A stretch of 40,079 nucleotides of DNA from assembly GCA_045640025.1 (NCBI GenBank), contig JAZUEG010000552.1, forward strand, positions 1 through 40,079. The letters are read 5' to 3'. The position numbers and the translations under genes were made by a program. Each line of letters begins with the position of its first letter. The stretch's first letter is position 1. The notes beneath the pieces were generated by a model, which was not told the DNA's origin, searched no databases, and was given only the letters and a program-made list of their open reading frames with translations. This document shows, one piece after another, positions 9,431-16,721 of this stretch. Source of the DNA: Bacteroidales bacterium. Its GTDB lineage: Bacteria; Bacteroidota; Bacteroidia; Bacteroidales; UBA3824.

Positions 9431-10165
9431 ATGCTTAAAAAATTTGCACTATTAGCTGCCACAGTAACAATGCTGCTGACAGCATGCGAAAACCAGAGAC
9501 CGCCGCTCTCGCAGACCCAATGCGCACAGGCGATATTCGAGATACACCGCGCCGACGCCATAATGACCCTGAAAGGCCTGAGCGACAGCAATCTAAACAA
9601 CGATTCGCTGTCGTACTACAACTACGTATTCGCCAAACTGGGAATCAGCCGCAAGGATTTTCTGGATGCAATACGCTGGTACATCAACCACCCCGAAAAA
9701 TACAAGAGCGTATACCGGGAGGCCATCAAGATAGCCAGCCAATACGAGCAGAGCGAGCGCGCAAGATACGAGATAAACACCGAGCGCGAGCCCAACGACA
9801 TCTGGGACATGAAAAAGAACTGGAACCTTCCGCTCGACGGCGAAAAAAATCCGATCTCGTTCAATATCAAGGCCAACGGACCGGGCCTCTACACACTGGG
9901 CGCCGACATCACGTATTACAAGGACGACCAGACCATAGAGCCGGCCATGACCCTGATAGTGGAATACGAGGACGGCACCATAACCCGCAACTCGGTAATC
10001 GACATACTGAAAGACGGCAAGGAACGCCACATAGAGGTAATGCTGGAGGCCGATTCCAGCAAAAGAATCAGCTGCCTGCGCGGCTGGGTGCTCGACCACT
10101 CGAGCGAGACCGAGAGCAAGCACATCGACTGCTACAACATTACCCTGAAGCGAACCAAAGAATAA
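9431..10165 (+). CDS. Lipoprotein, DUF4296-like
   Basis: 244 aa with a lipobox (LLTAC). The N-terminal helix segment QCAQAIFEIHRADAIM resembles DUF4296 lipoproteins. No catalytic motifs were recognised. Confidence 0.6.
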   Translation: MLKKFALLAATVTMLLTACENQRPPLSQTQCAQAIFEIHRADAIMTLKGLSDSNLNNDSLSYYNYVFAKLGISRKDFLDAIRWYINHPEKYKSVYREAIKIASQYEQSERARYEINTEREPNDIWDMKKNWNLPLDGEKNPISFNIKANGPGLYTLGADITYYKDDQTIEPAMTLIVEYEDGTITRNSVIDILKDGKERHIEVMLEADSSKRISCLRGWVLDHSSETESKHIDCYNITLKRTKE

Positions 10166-10168
10166 TAA

Positions 10169-10891
10169 ATGGAGAAAACCGAAGCCATAGTACTGCACGT
10201 CTCCAAATTCGGCGACAACAAGCTGATAGTGAACACATTCACCAAGCAGAATGGCAGAATGTCGTTTTCGGTGGTGATACCATCATCGCGCAACAAGGCC
10301 TCTGCCCTGCCCTACTGTCAGCCGCTATTCCAAAACGAGATAGAGTATACTGGAGCTAATGGCGCGGGAATACGCAAGGCCAGCAAGATAACGCCCAGCC
10401 GCACGTATTCCACCATACCATTCAGCATAAGCAAAACCGCCGTGGTAATGTTCTTAGCTGAGATGCTGTCGAGAGTACTCTCCTACTCCGAGGAAAACGA
10501 GATAATGTACGAATACATAGCCACCAGCCTAAAGATACTGGACCAGCCGGAATACAGCGGAAAAAACTTTCACCTGAAATTCCTGATGCAGCTGGCCAAG
10601 TACATGGGATTCTATCCCGGCAACAGGTATTCGGAAAACCGGCCGAGTTTCGATCTCGCCCGGTCGATGTTTGTGGAAGACAACATTGGAGTACCGCATC
10701 TGATAAGGCCGCCTTACGGCAAGATTTTCAGCCAGATGCTTGACACCGACATTATCAGCTGCGAAAACATCGACATCAGCGGCATTGAAAGAAGCTATCT
10801 GCTGGAAAAAATAATAGAGTATTACGCCTACCGCTTCGACAACCTGAGCAACATACGAAGCCTGGACGTACTGCAAAGCATTTTTCACTAA
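10169..10891 (+). CDS. recO: DNA repair protein RecO
   Basis: 240 aa. It has the N-terminal OB-fold pattern MEKTEAIVLHVSKFGDNKLIVNTFTKQNGRMSF, typical Bacteroidota RecO length and the C-terminal ...RSLDVLQSIF. It begins 4 nt after the upstream gene. Confidence 0.8.
   Translation: MEKTEAIVLHVSKFGDNKLIVNTFTKQNGRMSFSVVIPSSRNKASALPYCQPLFQNEIEYTGANGAGIRKASKITPSRTYSTIPFSISKTAVVMFLAEMLSRVLSYSEENEIMYEYIATSLKILDQPEYSGKNFHLKFLMQLAKYMGFYPGNRYSENRPSFDLARSMFVEDNIGVPHLIRPPYGKIFSQMLDTDIISCENIDISGIERSYLLEKIIEYYAYRFDNLSNIRSLDVLQSIFH
10354..10364 (+). repeat. Copy of AGCTAATGGCG
   Basis: It lies inside recO in sense (GANGA). Confidence 0.9.
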
Positions 10892-10924
10892 AGAGAATAT
10901 TAAAAATAAATAAAGAATACAAAC

Positions 10925-11383
10925 ATGAAAATGAACTTAGTAATCGGACAGGGCATTGGACCTGCCAAATTCGGAATGACCGAAGAAGAGATCGTAGACC
11001 TTTTCGGAAAACCAGACGACAGAGAGGTAGAGGACTACGGCGACGGCAAAACCCTCACCCTATTCTACGACACAATGATGACAGACTTCAGTTTTGAGCT
11101 CGACGAAGACGAAGACGGCAACGACCTCTACAAGCTGAGCTCGATACTATGCGTAAATCCCGAATACACTCTCGACAACAAGATAAAATTCGGAGACAGC
11201 GAGGAGCAGTTCATCAAATACACCCACAACCTCAAGGCCGCCGACCCTCAGGTGGAAATAGACAACGAGACCAAGGAAAGAATCCTCTACTTCGACGATC
11301 TGAGCCTGATGGCAATTTTTGACGACGAAGGCCTTTCCACCATCCAGATAGGCTACTGGGAAGAGGAAGACGAAGATGAATAG
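10925..11383 (+). CDS. Hypothetical hyper-acidic small protein
   Basis: 152 aa with no signal peptide. It is D/E-rich throughout and ends in an EEEDEDE tail. Clean ORF in a gene-dense co-directional run. Confidence 0.55.
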   Translation: MKMNLVIGQGIGPAKFGMTEEEIVDLFGKPDDREVEDYGDGKTLTLFYDTMMTDFSFELDEDEDGNDLYKLSSILCVNPEYTLDNKIKFGDSEEQFIKYTHNLKAADPQVEIDNETKERILYFDDLSLMAIFDDEGLSTIQIGYWEEEDEDE

Positions 11384-11425
11384 CCATCAGCTATACTAAA
11401 GATTAAATATAAGACTCAAAAGCCA

Positions 11426-13096
11426 ATGAAAATCAAAAAAATATTCAAAACGGCAATAGTTGGATTTATGGCGCTTATAGTCGCCATTTGGCCAGCTAAC
11501 AGCCATGCTCAGGAGTTCAACGACGACGATGATTTTGAGCTGATAAAGAATCTCGAGATTTTCCACACGCTGATGCAGAATGTAAGGATAATGTATGTAG
11601 ACGAGGTATCGAGCGGCGAGCTTATAAAGACCGCCATGGACAAGATGCTGGAATCCATCGACCCATACACTGTATACTATCCCGAATCGCTGGTGGAGGA
11701 CGTGAGATTCATGCACACCGGAGGATACGCCGGTGTAGGAATAGAGGTGGCCAAGATAGCTGATACATACACAGTGACATCCGTAATCAAGGACACCCCG
11801 GCCGACAAGAGCGGAATCCTGATAGGCGACATAATAACCGCCATAAACGGAAGCAGTCTGGATGGCAAAAACCACGACGAGATGGAGATTCTGCTGAAAG
11901 GTCAGCCCGGCACCAATGCCAACCTATCGATACTCCGCGGCGGAAAAGCGATGAGTCTCCAGATGAAACGCGCAATCATACAGATTCCGAGCGTAACATA
12001 TTACGGAGAGATAGCGCCCAAGACCGGATACATCAACCTGTCGAGCTTCACCCAGGACTGCGGAAAAGAATTCAAGGACGCATTCATGAAGCTGAAAACC
12101 GACAAGAAGATAGAGAAACTCGTAATAGACCTTCGCCACAATCCCGGAGGACTTCTCATAGAGGCTGTCAACATAGTAAACCTTTTTGTAAACAAAGGCG
12201 AAACGGTTGTAGATATGCGCGGTAGAGTATCCGAGTGGAACAAAGTCTTCAAATGCGAGAACGCGGCCCTCGATACCGAAATCCCCATCGTAGTATTGGT
12301 AAACAGCAACTCGGCATCAGCTGCAGAGATAGTATCAGGCGCGCTCCAGGACCTGGACCGTGCAGTGGTGATAGGCGAAAAAACCTACGGCAAAGGCCTC
12401 GTGCAGTCCACCAAGGATTTAATCTACAATTCCAAGATGAAGATCACTACTGCCAAATACTACATACCATCGGGCCGATGCATCCAGAAACTCGACTATT
12501 CCAACAAGGACTCGTTGGGCAAGGCCAGCACGATAACCGAATCGCAGTACATGACATTCAAGACAAAAAATGGCAGACCTGTAAAGGATGCTGGCGGTAT
12601 AATGCCCGACATACTTGTCAGTAGTGACACAATGTCATACTTTGTGGAAAATTTGCTGAACGAAAATATCATCTTCAACTACGCCACAGAGTACCGGCAG
12701 AAACACAGCGAGGCCATCAGCCCCGAAGAATTCAAAATCTCTGATGCCGACCTCATGGACTTCAAGAAATGGGCCGGACAATCGATCTACAGTTACGAAT
12801 CGCCCATCGACAAGAGCCTGAAGACCCTGGAGCAGCAGATAAAGCAGGAGTATCCGGAGGCCGACGCGAAAAAAATGCTATTGGCTGTACACACCGAGCT
12901 GATGGCCAGGAGAACGGCAGAATTCGAAACTTACAAAGAGCAGATACGCCTTGCCCTGGGCTCCGAGATCATAAAAAGGTATTACTACGACAACGGAGTA
13001 ATACGCTACACACTGCACAACGACCCGTTTGTAGCCAAAGGCCTTGAGATACTCGACAACGCAGTTCTCTATCAGAAGACTTTGTCGGGCAAATAG
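11426..13096 (+). CDS. S41 family C-terminal processing (tail-specific) peptidase with PDZ domain
   Basis: 556 aa with an N-terminal signal/anchor. The PDZ segment is GVGIEV...VIKDTPADKSGILIGDIITAING. The S41 core is DLRHNPGGLL, NSNSASAAEIVSGALQD and GEKTYGKGLVQ. Confidence 0.88.
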   Translation: MKIKKIFKTAIVGFMALIVAIWPANSHAQEFNDDDDFELIKNLEIFHTLMQNVRIMYVDEVSSGELIKTAMDKMLESIDPYTVYYPESLVEDVRFMHTGGYAGVGIEVAKIADTYTVTSVIKDTPADKSGILIGDIITAINGSSLDGKNHDEMEILLKGQPGTNANLSILRGGKAMSLQMKRAIIQIPSVTYYGEIAPKTGYINLSSFTQDCGKEFKDAFMKLKTDKKIEKLVIDLRHNPGGLLIEAVNIVNLFVNKGETVVDMRGRVSEWNKVFKCENAALDTEIPIVVLVNSNSASAAEIVSGALQDLDRAVVIGEKTYGKGLVQSTKDLIYNSKMKITTAKYYIPSGRCIQKLDYSNKDSLGKASTITESQYMTFKTKNGRPVKDAGGIMPDILVSSDTMSYFVENLLNENIIFNYATEYRQKHSEAISPEEFKISDADLMDFKKWAGQSIYSYESPIDKSLKTLEQQIKQEYPEADAKKMLLAVHTELMARRTAEFETYKEQIRLALGSEIIKRYYYDNGVIRYTLHNDPFVAKGLEILDNAVLYQKTLSGK

Positions 13097-13239
13097 AGAA
13101 TAAGGCCCATGACGGGCACAAAATAAGGCGACCGCCACGATTTAACCCAAAATGTGAAATATTCTTAGAATCAAAAGATTATTCACGATAGCAAATATAA
13201 ATTACAAAGAAAAAAGTTGTAAAAATATTCGCTTAAAGT

Positions 13240-13272
13240 TTTGCTTTATATAATTTTTTTTTCATAACTTTG
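13240..13272 (+). promoter_or_regulatory. Putative Bacteroidota-type promoter (-33 TTTG / -7 TAACTTTG)
   Basis: TTTG at 13240..13243, then a 21-nt spacer, then TAACTTTG at 13265..13272. It sits 43 nt upstream of ATG 13316 in an AT-rich 219-bp spacer. Confidence 0.35.
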
Positions 13273-13315
13273 GGCAGTGAAAGTTTTTGGTATAATTTAA
13301 CTATCACATTAAGTT

Positions 13316-13705
13316 ATGAGAGCAAAACTATTGATGATGTTCGTAGCGATTGTTCTTATTGCCAGTGCTTGTCAAATAAAGAGAGAAATGCTAACATTAG
13401 ACATCCCCTCCATTACCATCAAGGAAGTCAACGTTATCAATTCTGACAAGGGCAAGGTAATCTGCTACACAATTAATCTTTATTCGCCTTCATCGCTTAG
13501 TGAGTTTGTTGCCATACCAAATATCGCAACAGATGAGGAGGATGAAATCACCACCTTCAAGTTCGACAACCACACACGCCGGGCTACAGTTTACTATTTT
13601 CTGCCAGTATCTGAGATGGTAAACCCAGATGAGGTAAGCATCCGCTTCTTGCTTAATAACTCAACAACCGAGGTAAGCAACATGGCACTATTTTGCTCAC
13701 TCTAA
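13316..13705 (+). CDS. Hypothetical small lipoprotein
   Basis: 129 aa with signal peptide plus lipobox (LIASAC). No recognisable domain. Low GC. Confidence 0.5.
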   Translation: MRAKLLMMFVAIVLIASACQIKREMLTLDIPSITIKEVNVINSDKGKVICYTINLYSPSSLSEFVAIPNIATDEEDEITTFKFDNHTRRATVYYFLPVSEMVNPDEVSIRFLLNNSTTEVSNMALFCSL

Positions 13706-13821
13706 CGCGATTTTGGTAAAAAAATAACTTAAAAATTGCAAGTTTGGCATAATTTTTATTACATTATGAAGTAGTAAAATTTAAGATACGAACAGCAATA
13801 AAGACAAAAACTCAATAAGCC

Positions 13822-14214
13822 ATGATAGATCACTTGATTTTAGAGCAGTCGGTAGACACCCCGGGTGTGGATATGGATCCCAACACAGGTGTTTGCGAAT
13901 TTACAGGTAAGTCGTTCCCAGCGGACGTCACTGCATTCTATCAGCCAGTAATTGACTGGATTGATGAATACAGCAAGAATCCTTGTGCAAAAACAGTTGT
14001 AAATCTCAAGTTGGACTATTTCAACACAGCATCGTCGAAGATTCTTCTCGAAATGTTCAACATGTGGGAAACTTTGTACAAAAACGGCAATGATGTTACT
14101 ATCAACTGGCATTACCCAGATGACGATGAGGATATGGAGCAGACCGGTCAGGAATACTCCGAGCTGCTGATGTTGCCTTTCAACAAGATTGGCTACACTG
14201 TACAGTTCTTCTAA
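13822..14214 (+). CDS. DUF1987 domain protein, SiaC-like (partner-switching phosphoprotein)
   Basis: 130 aa. The pattern ...TPGVDMDPNTGVCEFTGKSFPADVTAFYQPVIDWIDEY...NLKLDYFNTASSKILLEMF...VTINWHYPDDDEDMEQTGQEY... matches what I recall of DUF1987/SiaC proteins: an acidic WxYxxDDED segment and a YFNT/S phospho-acceptor loop. Confidence 0.75.
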   Translation: MIDHLILEQSVDTPGVDMDPNTGVCEFTGKSFPADVTAFYQPVIDWIDEYSKNPCAKTVVNLKLDYFNTASSKILLEMFNMWETLYKNGNDVTINWHYPDDDEDMEQTGQEYSELLMLPFNKIGYTVQFF

Positions 14215-14275
14215 TATCCCACAAAACCAAAGATATTTTTTTTGTTTTTCCTTGTACGTTTGATTTTTGAGTAGT

Positions 14276-14305
14276 AAGACCGGCCTAAGTGCCGGTCTTT
14301 TTTTT
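14276..14305 (+). terminator. Rho-independent terminator after the SiaC-like gene
   Basis: The stem is AAGACCGGC (14276..14284) paired with GCCGGTCTT (14291..14299), with a 6-nt loop followed by a T-run. Confidence 0.75.
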
Positions 14306-14325
14306 ATTTTGCACAAAAAAAAATA

Positions 14326-14356
14326 TTTGGTTTTATGCCAATTATAAATATATTTG
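14326..14356 (+). promoter_or_regulatory. Putative promoter of the first PP2C gene (-33 TTTG / -7 TATATTTG)
   Basis: TTTG at 14326..14329, then a 19-nt spacer, then TATATTTG at 14349..14356, with 25 nt before ATG 14382. Confidence 0.5.
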
Positions 14357-14381
14357 CAGTTTAGCTAATAACACTTGAAAT

Positions 14382-16613
14382 ATGAGAAAACATATAGACA
14401 TAAGGAAATTATTACTAAAAGGCGGAATATTGATGCTGTCTGCGTCATTATTCATACCAGCGTGCAAACCTCCCGATGATGAGTTTGCCACTCAGGTAGC
14501 CCAGAGCAAGCATGTTAATTTCAGTTCCGACGATTTACACAGCCGTAATACCAATCTCGACTCTCTATATTTTGCCTACAACGAGGCCATGCAGCAGGCA
14601 AGGCAGTACAACGATGAAACGGCATTAGCTAAAATATACCACAAGTATTACGACAGCTACCTGCAGCGCGGAATGCTTCAGGAAGCCTACAACTACGCCG
14701 ACAGTATCGACAAACTTGGACTGCGAACCGAAAACATCTACATTCAGGCCCGCGGATATCTCGATCTCTGTATAATACTGGCCAGGATGAACAACTACTC
14801 CATAGCCAGCAAAAACTATTTTGAGGCTTTGGGAATATATGCGAGACTGGGCGACACTGCCAACATGGCACGGACATTCCTGGCCATGGGAAATGCAAGC
14901 TACAATGCAATGGTTTACGATTCGGCTGCGGCATATCTCGACAGGGCAACTGGTCTCACAAAGATGATGAATCTCGACATGGAGTTTGCCAGGACTTTAG
15001 CCTACAAGGGTGAGATGGAACTGCAGAAATTCACCAGCGACCTCGCAAATCCCGACATCAGCCTAATAAGGAAAAGCAAGGAATTGCTCGAAGCTGCCAA
15101 AAACCTAAACCAGAAAGCTCCAAACCACAATACCGAAGAGATTGTAAATCTTGCGCTTACCGAAACAAATTATTTTCTGGCGCAAGGCATTCCAAACCCG
15201 ATGGCAAGGCGCGACCTCCAGAACAATATACTCGAAAACATCGACAACGCTCTGGAATACTCAAATTTCAGCAATCAGCCCGAAAAAGCCAAACTGCTCC
15301 GCCTGATTCAGGTAAACACATTGGTAGACCTGAACAGAATAGCCGAAGCCAAGGAGATTGTGGAATTAATCCACCAGCAATCGATTGAGGATTCGGCCTA
15401 CATCCATCAGGAGGCATATTACACCACCAAGGCAGTAATAGCAGAAGCCGAAGGCAAATATCAGGAGGCAATGGTTTACGGCAAGAAGGCAAGCCTCTAC
15501 AAGAGCAGTCAGAACATCAACGACGACTCGTACACAAAAAGCCTTCAGCTGGCCCGAAACCAGAGCCAGGGCGAAAAAATGCGCGCCAAGATGGAGATAC
15601 GCGGTCAGCAACAAGCCAAACGCACAATTACGATGATTGGCGTGATAGTATTGCTTTCGATAACGATAATCACCATCCTCATCTACCGGAACTTGCGCAG
15701 AAGCAAAATTCTCAACGACAAGATAATGGCGCAAAACGATGAGATAAAAATCATAAACAACGAGGTAACCAAGCAAAACAAGGAAATAACCGAAGGCATC
15801 AACTACGCAAGCCTCATACAGACGGCTATTCTGCCAAGCGAGGAAAAAATGCAGAACATCTTCGGCGACCACCTTGTAATCTACAAGGCCAAGGAGATTG
15901 TATCAGGCGATTACTACTGGAGCTACGAGACAGCACGACAGAAACTCATTGCCGTTTGCGACTGTACAGGCCACGGAGTGCCGGGCGCAATGCTGAGTAT
16001 GCTTGGTATCAACATACTGGAGCACGCCACTAGGAGAATTTCTTTCCAGCCCAAGACCGCATCTGAGATTCTGGACGATGCGCGCACCGAGTTCAAGAAA
16101 ATTCTCAACCAGACACACTACTCAGCCAAGGGAGCCAAAGACAGCATCGACATGGCGATAATAGTATACAATAAGCCTACACGCACTCTTGACTACGCCG
16201 GAGCACAGCGTCCGCTATACATAATACGCAACGGCGAGCTGATACGGTACAAAGCCGACCCGATGCCGATTGGAGTATACCCGATAGAGAAAGAGCATTT
16301 CACAAACCACATGGTGAAACTGGAAGAAGACGACTACATCTACATGTTCTCCGACGGAATACAGGATCAGTTTGGATGGATGGCCGAAAGACCTGTTCCA
16401 TCGTCGTTCTCATCCAGACGACTAAACGAAATGCTTCTCCAAAACTATCAGAAGCCATTCAGCGAGCAGAAGGAGATAATACTCCGCGAAATAGAGAATT
16501 GGAAAAAAGGCAAAAACAAAACCCAGAACGATTGCGCTCAGACCGACGACAACGTGATAATAGGCCTGTCGATGCGCAACATCCTATCCACCGATCCCAA
16601 ATACAAAGCTTAG
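14382..16613 (+). CDS. Membrane sensor phosphatase: lipoprotein-type signal, TPR-like extracytoplasmic domain, TM helix, coiled coil, PP2C/SpoIIE phosphatase
   Basis: 743 aa. It has the lipobox LFIPAC and about 390 aa of helical TPR-like repeats. The TM helix is ITMIGVIVLLSITIITILIY. The PP2C motifs are IVSGDYYW, DCTGHGVPGAMLSM, DSIDMAII, FSDGIQDQFG and TDDNVIIGL. Confidence 0.85.
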   Translation: MRKHIDIRKLLLKGGILMLSASLFIPACKPPDDEFATQVAQSKHVNFSSDDLHSRNTNLDSLYFAYNEAMQQARQYNDETALAKIYHKYYDSYLQRGMLQEAYNYADSIDKLGLRTENIYIQARGYLDLCIILARMNNYSIASKNYFEALGIYARLGDTANMARTFLAMGNASYNAMVYDSAAAYLDRATGLTKMMNLDMEFARTLAYKGEMELQKFTSDLANPDISLIRKSKELLEAAKNLNQKAPNHNTEEIVNLALTETNYFLAQGIPNPMARRDLQNNILENIDNALEYSNFSNQPEKAKLLRLIQVNTLVDLNRIAEAKEIVELIHQQSIEDSAYIHQEAYYTTKAVIAEAEGKYQEAMVYGKKASLYKSSQNINDDSYTKSLQLARNQSQGEKMRAKMEIRGQQQAKRTITMIGVIVLLSITIITILIYRNLRRSKILNDKIMAQNDEIKIINNEVTKQNKEITEGINYASLIQTAILPSEEKMQNIFGDHLVIYKAKEIVSGDYYWSYETARQKLIAVCDCTGHGVPGAMLSMLGINILEHATRRISFQPKTASEILDDARTEFKKILNQTHYSAKGAKDSIDMAIIVYNKPTRTLDYAGAQRPLYIIRNGELIRYKADPMPIGVYPIEKEHFTNHMVKLEEDDYIYMFSDGIQDQFGWMAERPVPSSFSSRRLNEMLLQNYQKPFSEQKEIILREIENWKKGKNKTQNDCAQTDDNVIIGLSMRNILSTDPKYKA

Positions 16614-16623
16614 ACACATATCC

Positions 16624-16658
16624 AAGAGACGCATTGCAGGATGCGTCTCTTTTTTTTT
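16624..16658 (+). terminator. Rho-independent terminator between the two PP2C genes
   Basis: An 11-bp perfect stem, AAGAGACGCAT (16624..16634) paired with ATGCGTCTCTT (16641..16651), has loop tgcagg and a T-run to 16658. It lies 11 nt after the TAG stop at 16611..16613. Confidence 0.85.
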
Positions 16659-16667
16659 GGCTCAAAA

Positions 16668-16700
16668 TTTGGTGTGATTTTTATATATAAATTACCTTTG
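16668..16700 (+). promoter_or_regulatory. Putative promoter of the second PP2C gene (-33 TTTG / -7 TACCTTTG)
   Basis: TTTG at 16668..16671, then a 21-nt spacer, then TACCTTTG at 16693..16700, with 21 nt before ATG 16722. Confidence 0.45.
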
Positions 16701-16721
16701 CCTGTATTAAACAAAAAATCA

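Noticed and set aside
9358-9600. The 81-codon N-terminal extension of the radical SAM ORF.
   Set aside because: It overlaps the divergent lipoprotein gene and the palindromic promoter. The conserved protein begins at MNIEELL (ATG 9357).
9484-10359. A 291-aa Arg/Pro/Gln-rich ORF on the plus strand overlapping the DUF4296 lipoprotein gene and recO.
   Set aside because: It is an alternative frame of two well-formed genes, its composition is typical of an off-frame translation, and it has no start context of its own.
11396-11875. The 159-aa minus-strand ORF, and other 60-130-aa ORFs overlapping the S41 protease, PP2C, uvrC, mnmG and flippase genes.
   Set aside because: All lie inside and antisense or out of frame to confidently identified genes, and they have no independent support.
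13097-13315. An AT-rich 219-bp spacer with single DnaA-box-like words (TTATTCACG, AATGTGAAA), considered as a second origin-like region.
   Set aside because: It has only isolated degenerate matches, with no cluster and no perfect box. It is better explained as the promoter region of the small lipoprotein gene.
16641-16721. The upstream start of the second PP2C ORF (MRLFFFGSKF...).
   Set aside because: That ATG is the 3' arm of the terminator hairpin of the preceding gene. A promoter-like -33/-7 pair and a lipoprotein signal peptide support ATG 16722.
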